Shown piece after piece: positions 56,402 through 62,544 of a stretch of 62,544 bases of DNA. Origin of the DNA: Thermoanaerobaculia bacterium (GTDB lineage: Bacteria > Acidobacteriota > Thermoanaerobaculia > Multivoradales > UBA5704); NCBI GenBank assembly GCA_044226625.1, contig JBGAGQ010000035.1, positions 1-62,544 of the forward strand, written 5' to 3'. Numbering within the stretch: the first letter of the stretch is position 1; the number at the start of each line of letters is the position of its first letter. The notes under the pieces were generated by a model, which did not search any database, had not been told where the DNA came from, and worked only from the letters and a program-made list of their open reading frames with translations. The position numbers were made by a program, and so were the translations under genes.

Positions 56402-57663
56402 CGCTCCACCTCCCCATGCGCGGCCTCATCAACCCGCTCCGTCTCTCGCTCTTGGGCTCGCCCGAACTCGAGCACCGAATCGAGGTCTTTGTCGCCGCGG
56501 CCGGATAGGTTCACCAGAATCACGGCGTCGCGCGAGAGGCGGGGCGCTCGCCGGATCGCTTCGGCGAGCGCGTGGCTGCTTTCGAGCGCCGGGAGAATCC
56601 CTTCGGTTCGCGCGATGCGATGGAACGCGGCGATCGCGTCGCGATCGGAGGCCGAGGTGTATTCGATCCTGCCCCGTTCGGCGAGCCAGGCGTGCTCCGG
56701 GCCGATCGCGGGATAGTCGAGTCCGGCAGAAACCGAATGGGTAAGGCCGATCTGGCCCTCCTCGTCCTGGATCACCATCGTCCGCGTGCCGTGGAGCACG
56801 CCCAACCCGGTTCCGCCCTTACCGAACCGCGCGGCGTGCTCGCCGGGGGCGTTGCCGCGCCCTCCCGCTTCGACGCCGATCATCCGCACCTTCGGATCGG
56901 CCAGGAATGCGGAGAACAGCCCGATCGAATTGCTGCCGCCCCCGACACAGGCGATCGCGAGGTCGGGGCTGCTCGTACCGGCCTGTCGCTCCAGTTGCCG
57001 TTTCGCCTCCTCGCCGATCACGCGATGGAAATCGCGCACCATGCGCGGGAAAGGATCGGGGCCGAGCACCGAGCCGAGGATGTAATGGGTGGTCCGAACG
57101 TTCGTCACCCAATCGCGCATCGCTTCGTTGATGGCGTCCTTGAGGGTCCGGCTGCCCGAGTCGACCGGCACGACCTCGCTGCCCAGCAAGCGCATTCTTT
57201 GAACGTTGAGCGCTTGACGCCGCATGTCCTCCGAGCCCATGTAGATGGTGCAGGAGAGCCCGAGCGCCGCAGCGGCGGTCGCGGTCGCGACCCCGTGCTG
57301 CCCCGCCCCGGTCTCGGCGATCACCCGTTCCTTGCCCATCTCCACCGTCAACAGCGCCTGGCCGAGCGCGTTGTTGATCTTGTGCGCGCCGGTGTGAAGG
57401 AGGTCCTCGCGTTTCAGGTAGATGCGGCCGCCCGAAAGCTCGCCCGTCAACCGCTCGGCGAAGGTCAGGGGCGTCGGCCGGCCAACGTAGGTCGAAAGCA
57501 GCTCGTCGAGACGTCGGCGAAATTTCCGGTCGCGGCGCGCCCGGTCGTAGGCGCGCGCCAGGTCTTCGATCGGCGCCATCAGCGTCTCGGGCACGAACCG
57601 GCCGCCGTAACGGCCGAAATAGCCTTGAGGGTCGGGTGAGGTGGGAGTCGATTTACGGAACAT
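56398..57663 (-). CDS. trpB: Tryptophan synthase beta
   Basis: [44 protein letters not shown]. Confidence 0.98.
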   Translation of the reverse strand: MFRKSTPTSPDPQGYFGRYGGRFVPETLMAPIEDLARAYDRARRDRKFRRRLDELLSTYVGRPTPLTFAERLTGELSGGRIYLKREDLLHTGAHKINNALGQALLTVEMGKERVIAETGAGQHGVATATAAAALGLSCTIYMGSEDMRRQALNVQRMRLLGSEVVPVDSGSRTLKDAINEAMRDWVTNVRTTHYILGSVLGPDPFPRMVRDFHRVIGEEAKRQLERQAGTSSPDLAIACVGGGSNSIGLFSAFLADPKVRMIGVEAGGRGNAPGEHAARFGKGGTGLGVLHGTRTMVIQDEEGQIGLTHSVSAGLDYPAIGPEHAWLAERGRIEYTSASDRDAIAAFHRIARTEGILPALESSHALAEAIRRAPRLSRDAVILVNLSGRGDKDLDSVLEFGRAQERETERVDEAAHGEVER

Positions 57664-58327
57664 GAAGCTCCTCAGTGGCAGCGATTCGAGCGAAGAGTCG
57701 ACGAAGACGATCGGGATCCTTTACCCCGGGGGCGCTCTCGACCCCCGAGCAGACGTCGAGGTGGGTGGCGCCGCTCGTTTCGAGCGCCGATCGTACGTTG
57801 TCCGGGCCGAGACCGCCGGCAAGAAAAACTAGCCTCGGGGCGAGGCGGGAGACGAGCGGCCCAAGCGCCGGATAGTTCCAAGCCCTTCCCGTGCCGCCCG
57901 GGATCGAATCCGACGGCGGGGCCGGAGCGTCGAAGAGAAAGCCCGCCACCGCCGGGTAATTTTCGACCTCGCCTCGCGGAACGCCGCGGAACGCTTTGAT
58001 CGCGCGGTCCGAAAACGGCGCGATCGCCTCCGGGCCTTCGCCGCCATGAAACTGGAGCAGGTCGAGGCCGACGCGCTCGGCGATCTCGGCTACTTCGTCG
58101 CTCGGCGCGTCGACGAAGACCCCGACGAGCGGTACCCGCGAATCGATCCCCTCGGCGATCTCCCGCGCCCTTTCGATCGAGAGAAAGCGCGGACTCTTCG
58201 GATAGAAGTTGAGCCCGAGATAGGCGGCGCCGAGATCCGCCGCGAGCCGCGCGTCGCCGAGAGTCGTGACGCCGCAGACCTTCACCCGGATCCTCCCTGC
58301 GGCTCGCGGCGAGGATCCGCTCGTCAT
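57653..58327 (-). CDS. trpF: Phosphoribosylanthranilate isomerase
   Basis: VKVCG, SPR, QFHG, GGTG, LAGGL, SGVE..PGVKD. Confidence 0.95.
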   Translation of the reverse strand: MTSGSSPRAAGRIRVKVCGVTTLGDARLAADLGAAYLGLNFYPKSPRFLSIERAREIAEGIDSRVPLVGVFVDAPSDEVAEIAERVGLDLLQFHGGEGPEAIAPFSDRAIKAFRGVPRGEVENYPAVAGFLFDAPAPPSDSIPGGTGRAWNYPALGPLVSRLAPRLVFLAGGLGPDNVRSALETSGATHLDVCSGVESAPGVKDPDRLRRLFARIAATEELHVP

Positions 58328-59139
58328 CCGAGCCGTCCCGCGCCGGTCATCTCGGCCAGGAGATCCCCGGGGCTCTCGCCCAGCAGCAGCGACTCCCCGA
58401 CGAGAAAGGCGTCGAACCCCGCGTCCAGGAGGAGCGCCACGTCGGCGCCGCGCCGGATGCCGCTCTCCGCGACCTTGATCGCCCCATGCGGCAGAAGGGG
58501 GAGCAGCGTCAGGGACCGCTCCAGCGAGACCTCGAAGGTGCGGAGGTCGCGATTGTTGACGCCTACGATCTCGAAGCTCTCCTCGGCCATCGCTACCTTG
58601 GCGAGATCGTCCGGGTCGGTGGTTTCGACCAAGGGCACGAGCCCGAGGCCGCGCGCCCAGCCGGCGTACTCTTCGAGCTCCCGGGCGGAATGGAGGGCCG
58701 CGATCAGCAGCACCGCCGAGGCGCCGGCGTCGCGGGCCTGGACCAGTTGAATGGGATCGACGATGAAATCCTTGGCGATCGCCGGAAGTCCCGAGGCCTC
58801 GCAGCAGGCGGTGAGCAGCTCGTACGAACCGAAGAAGGCATCCGGCTCGACGACCACCGAAAGGCACGCGGCCCCTCGCTCGGCGTAGAGGCGCGCCTGC
58901 GCGATCGGGTCGAACCTGTCGCCGACGAAACCGAGCCGCGGCGAGCCGCGCTTGATCTCGGCGATGACCCCGGGCGCGCCGGCTCGCCGCTTGCCCACGA
59001 GACGGGCGAGGAACTCGTTGTCGGACGGCGTTCGGGGGGCTCCCGCGGAAAGCTCCGGAGCCGAACCCAGCATGCCCTCGGCCGAGAGGCGTCGGCGGCG
59101 CTGCTCGACGATTCGCTGAAGTACGTCGGGAGCGCTCAC
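58324..59139 (-). CDS. trpC: Indole-3-glycerol phosphate synthase
   Basis: IAEIKRGSP, LSV, KDFI, LLIA, GVNNRDL, AESGI, LVGE. Confidence 0.95.
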   Translation of the reverse strand: MSAPDVLQRIVEQRRRRLSAEGMLGSAPELSAGAPRTPSDNEFLARLVGKRRAGAPGVIAEIKRGSPRLGFVGDRFDPIAQARLYAERGAACLSVVVEPDAFFGSYELLTACCEASGLPAIAKDFIVDPIQLVQARDAGASAVLLIAALHSARELEEYAGWARGLGLVPLVETTDPDDLAKVAMAEESFEIVGVNNRDLRTFEVSLERSLTLLPLLPHGAIKVAESGIRRGADVALLLDAGFDAFLVGESLLLGESPGDLLAEMTGAGRLG

Positions 59140-60161
59140 GCCTGAAACCTGCACAGCTCTTCGAGCTTCTTCGCCGCCGCTCCCGAGCCGAGCGCCTCGC
59201 GCGCGATCGCGACGCCGGCCGGAAGATCCTCGGCCAGCCTGCCGACGCGGATCGCCGCCGCCGCGTTCGCGACCACGACGTCGGCGAGCGGCCCGGGCTC
59301 GCCGGCCAGCAGGCGCCTCATCGCCGTGGCGTTTTCCTCGGGTCCCCCTCCGGCGAGGTCGGCGAGCGTGGCACGCGGCAACCCCAGGTCTTCCGGCTCG
59401 AGCGTGAACGTCCGCACGGATCCGTTTTCGACCTCGGCCACGCGGGTGGAACCGGTGGTCGAAATCTCGTCCAAACCGTCGTCCCCGTGGACGACGAGGG
59501 CGTGCTCGGCTCCGAGCTCCGCGAGCACCCGGCCGATCCGCTCGACGAGATGCGGCGCGTAGACGCCCATCAACTGGCGCCGCGCGCCGGCCGGGTTCGT
59601 GAGCGGCCCGAGAACGTTGAAGACCGTGCGGAGGGCGAGTTCGCGGCGGACCGGCATCACCTCGCGCATCGCTGGGTGCAGCACGGGGGCGAACAGGAAA
59701 GCGATGCCGATCCGGTCGAGCGCCGCTCCCGCGACCTCGGGGCTGACGTCGATCTTCACGCCGAGCGCGGCGAGCACGTCGGCGCTCCCCGACTTGCTCG
59801 AAACGGATCGGTTCCCGTGCTTGGCGACGGGCACCCCCGCCGCGGCGGCGACCAGCGCGGCGGCGGTCGAAATGTTGAAGGTTCCGTGGCCGTCTCCGCC
59901 GGTGCCGCAGGTGTCGACCACCGAGGCGCGCGTATGGGGAATCCGCACCGCTCGGCGCCGCATCGCGGCGGCCGCTCCCGCGATCTCCGCCGGCTCCTCC
60001 CCTTTCATCCGGAGGGCGATCAAGAGGGCCGCCTTGACCGGATCGGACAGCTCGCCGTCCATCAGGCGGCCGAACAGCTCCTCGGTTTCGGCGCGGGTCA
60101 AATGGCCGCCGCCGACCAGGCGCTCGAGCGCTTGTCGAGGCTCGAATCGGGACTCGCTCAT
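59136..60161 (-). CDS. trpD: Anthranilate phosphoribosyltransferase
   Basis: DTCGTGGDG..TFNIST, KHGNRSVSS.SGSAD, GPLTNP, DGLDEI. Confidence 0.97.
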   Translation of the reverse strand: MSESRFEPRQALERLVGGGHLTRAETEELFGRLMDGELSDPVKAALLIALRMKGEEPAEIAGAAAAMRRRAVRIPHTRASVVDTCGTGGDGHGTFNISTAAALVAAAAGVPVAKHGNRSVSSKSGSADVLAALGVKIDVSPEVAGAALDRIGIAFLFAPVLHPAMREVMPVRRELALRTVFNVLGPLTNPAGARRQLMGVYAPHLVERIGRVLAELGAEHALVVHGDDGLDEISTTGSTRVAEVENGSVRTFTLEPEDLGLPRATLADLAGGGPEENATAMRRLLAGEPGPLADVVVANAAAAIRVGRLAEDLPAGVAIAREALGSGAAAKKLEELCRFQA

Positions 60162-60739
60162 CGCTGGGCTCCCGGGGTCATGGCGAGGAAGTTTCCCATC
60201 AAACGGGGTCCGGAGGCCGTGAGCACCGATTCCGGGTGGAACTGCACGCCCCAATACGGAAGGTTGCGGTGGCGCATCCCCATGAGGGTGCCGTCGTCGA
60301 CCGTCCACGCGTTCGGCACCAGTTCCTCCGGCAGCGTGTCCTCCCGCACGCAGAGGCTGTGGTAGCGCGTCGCCTCGAACGGGTCGTCGAGACCTGAAAA
60401 GACCCCTTCGCCCAGGTGTCGAACGGCCGAGGTCTTGCCGTGCATCAGGCGCGGCGCGCGCTCGACCGTCGCGCCGAATGCAACCCCCATCGCCTGGTGG
60501 CCGAGACAGACGCCGAGGATCGGCACGGTCGTACCGGAGCGCAAAAGGTCGAGGCAAACTCCCGCTTCTTCCGGCCGGCCGGGCCCAGGGGACAGAACGA
60601 TCCCCGCCGGCTGCCGGGCGAGCAACGCCGCCACCGGCTCGGCGTCGTTGCGAACGACCGCGACCTCTTCGCCTGCCGCCGCGATCATCTGCACCAGATT
60701 CCAGGTGAAGGAGTCGTAGTTGTCGATCATCAAAATCAC
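60158..60739 (-). CDS. trpG: Anthranilate synthase component II
   Basis: IDNYDSFT, SPGPG, GVCLGHQ, RYHSL, QFHPES. Confidence 0.95.
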   Translation of the reverse strand: MILMIDNYDSFTWNLVQMIAAAGEEVAVVRNDAEPVAALLARQPAGIVLSPGPGRPEEAGVCLDLLRSGTTVPILGVCLGHQAMGVAFGATVERAPRLMHGKTSAVRHLGEGVFSGLDDPFEATRYHSLCVREDTLPEELVPNAWTVDDGTLMGMRHRNLPYWGVQFHPESVLTASGPRLMGNFLAMTPGAQR

Positions 60740-62235
60740 GGCCGCCCCTCCGGCTTTTCGCTCCCTCGCTCTTCGGTTCGGGTCTCCATTCGCTCGGCGA
60801 GCGCCACGGCTGCGAGCATCCCCGCCGCCTTGTTCTCCGTCTCGCGCTGCTCGGAGAGGGGATCGGAATCGGCGACGATGCCGGCGCCAGCGGTGATCGA
60901 GGTCTCGCCGTTCGCTACCACCAGGGTGCGGATCGCGATGCAGGTGTCGAGGTCGCCGGTGAAGGAGACGTAGCCGACCGCTCCGGCATAAGGGCCGCGC
61001 GCCTCCGGTTCGAGCGCGTCGATAATCTCCATCGCTCGGATCTTCGGGGCGCCGGACACCGTGCCGGCGGGGAAGCAGGCGAGCAGCGCATCGAGGGCAT
61101 CGAACCCTTCCCCCAGCTCGGCATCGACCGACGAGACGAGATGCATGACGTGACTGTATCGCTCGACCGCCATGAACTCGGGAACGCGCACGCTCCCCGG
61201 CGTCGCCACCCGACCGAGGTCGTTCCGGCCGAGGTCGACCAACATTAGATGCTCCGCCCGCTCCTTGGGATCGGCCGCAAGCTCTTCGGCGAGCCGCCGG
61301 TCGGCTGCCTCATCGACGCCGCGGGGTCGGGTGCCGGCGATCGGCCGGGTCTCGATGCGCCGGCCGACTTTCTTGACCAACATCTCGGGGCTCGCGCCGA
61401 CCAGGGCCACCTCCGGCGCCTCGAACAGAACCATGTAGGGGCTCGGGTTCACCCGCCGGAGCGCGCGGTAAAGGGCGATCGGATCGGGAGCGCGCGGCAC
61501 GCGGAACCGGCGCGCGAGGACCACCTGGAAGATGTCGCCCGCCGCGATGTGCTCCTTGGCGGTCTCGACCGCCCGACAATAGGCGGCGCCGTCGAGGCTC
61601 GCCTCGGCGAAGCTCGCAACGGCCGGCTTTTCGATCGGCGGCAGCGCCGAGGCGCGCGCCCCCCTGGCTGCCGTGAGCAGCCCCTCCAGTCGGTCCAGCT
61701 CGGCCTCGGCCTGTTCCGCGCTCACCTCCCCTTCGATCTCGTTCGCGACCGCGAGCACCCGCTCGAACGCGTGGTCGTAGGCGAGGATCGAATCGAACCG
61801 ACCGAGCATCGCGACCGGCAGGCCGAACGGATCAGGGGGGCGATTCGGGAGCCGTTCGACCAGGCGGATCAGGTCGTATCCGAAAGAGCCGACGTAGCCG
61901 CCCAGGAACGGCACCGAACCGAGCGCGGGCGGCACGTCCGAAGTGATCCGCGACAGCTCCGAACGGAGGGCTTCGAGCGGCGCGCCGGGGCGCACCTCGA
62001 TGACGCCGGAACCTTCCACCTCCAGTCGATCCGGATAGAGCCGCGCGATCGCGCGCGGCCCGGCACCGAGGAAGCTGAAGCGCGAGACTCGCTCGCCGCC
62101 GGTGACGCTCTCGAGCAGGAACCGGACAGGGGAGACCGCGGCGAGGCGACGGTAGGCGCCAAGCGGCGTCAGCTCGTCGGCGAGCAGCTCGCGGACGTGG
62201 GGAACGGCTTTCCGTCGCGGATCACTTTCCGGCAT
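60736..62235 (-). CDS. trpE: Anthranilate synthase component I
   Basis: LLES, GDIFQVV, NPSPY, SPE, PIAGT, EHLMLVDLGRND, PAGTVSGAPK, AGAGIV. Confidence 0.96.
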   Translation of the reverse strand: MPESDPRRKAVPHVRELLADELTPLGAYRRLAAVSPVRFLLESVTGGERVSRFSFLGAGPRAIARLYPDRLEVEGSGVIEVRPGAPLEALRSELSRITSDVPPALGSVPFLGGYVGSFGYDLIRLVERLPNRPPDPFGLPVAMLGRFDSILAYDHAFERVLAVANEIEGEVSAEQAEAELDRLEGLLTAARGARASALPPIEKPAVASFAEASLDGAAYCRAVETAKEHIAAGDIFQVVLARRFRVPRAPDPIALYRALRRVNPSPYMVLFEAPEVALVGASPEMLVKKVGRRIETRPIAGTRPRGVDEAADRRLAEELAADPKERAEHLMLVDLGRNDLGRVATPGSVRVPEFMAVERYSHVMHLVSSVDAELGEGFDALDALLACFPAGTVSGAPKIRAMEIIDALEPEARGPYAGAVGYVSFTGDLDTCIAIRTLVVANGETSITAGAGIVADSDPLSEQRETENKAAGMLAAVALAERMETRTEERGSEKPEGRP

Positions 62236-62544
62236 GGCGCCTCCCCAACTCGGCCGCGACGTCCGCGGGATCGACGCCGCACGCCTCGAGCAGTACGAGC
62301 AGATGGTAGAGCAGGTCGGCCGACTCCTCGGTCAGTCGCCGACGCCGGTCGGCATCGTCACCCCTCGCTTGAAGCATCGCTCCGGCGAGCGCCGTCTCGA
62401 CGCCCTCCTCTCCGACTTTCTGAGCGATCCGCTCGATCCCCTCGGCGAGCAGGCGCGCGGTATAGCTCTGGTCCGGCTCGGCGCCGCGGCGCCCGGCGAT
62501 CACCGCGGCGAGCCAACCGAGCTCCAGCCGCGTCGGATCGGACG
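62222..62544 (-). CDS. hisE: Phosphoribosyl-ATP pyrophosphatase (3' part; probably the C-terminus of bifunctional HisIE)
   Basis: SYT..L, KVGEEGVE, ESADLLYHL; frame is open to the window end. Confidence 0.88.
   Translation of the reverse strand, partial: SDPTRLELGWLAAVIAGRRGAEPDQSYTARLLAEGIERIAQKVGEEGVETALAGAMLQARGDDADRRRRLTEESADLLYHLLVLLEACGVDPADVAAELGRRHAGK

Overview
High-GC bacterial chromosomal window. Gene content (ADOP-type permease, futalosine-pathway MqnD, many signal-peptide beta-propeller proteins) suggests Acidobacteriota, possibly Thermoanaerobaculia; this is inference. Most of it is housekeeping: icd (partial), cdd, mqnD, an era-corC-ybeY-phoH-tatC-tatA/B run, an S41 protease, ligA, msrB, an M16 peptidase pair, an NtrC-type regulator, tRNA-His-hisS-HAL, and hisE(partial)-trpEGDCFBA. 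The standout is a tightly coupled 7-gene minus-strand operon (27633-40346). It joins a GAP1-N2-like protein and a zinc-ribbon TRAFAC-type GTPase, typical of GTPase-centred conflict systems, to a very divergent SEDS glycosyltransferase and class-B PBP with intact catalytic motifs. It also encodes a TPR membrane protein and two putative peptidoglycan-binding proteins, and converges on an MltD-like lytic transglycosylase. It looks like a candidate GTPase-switched cell-wall remodelling or defence system. The second highlight is a tRNA-His lacking the near-universal G-1/C73 identity element (C-1, G1.U72, G73), next to an alphaproteobacterial-type HisRS. No CRISPR, rRNA or mobile element was seen. 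All calls come from motif recognition by eye with no database searches. Many starts were trimmed from the over-long ORF track.
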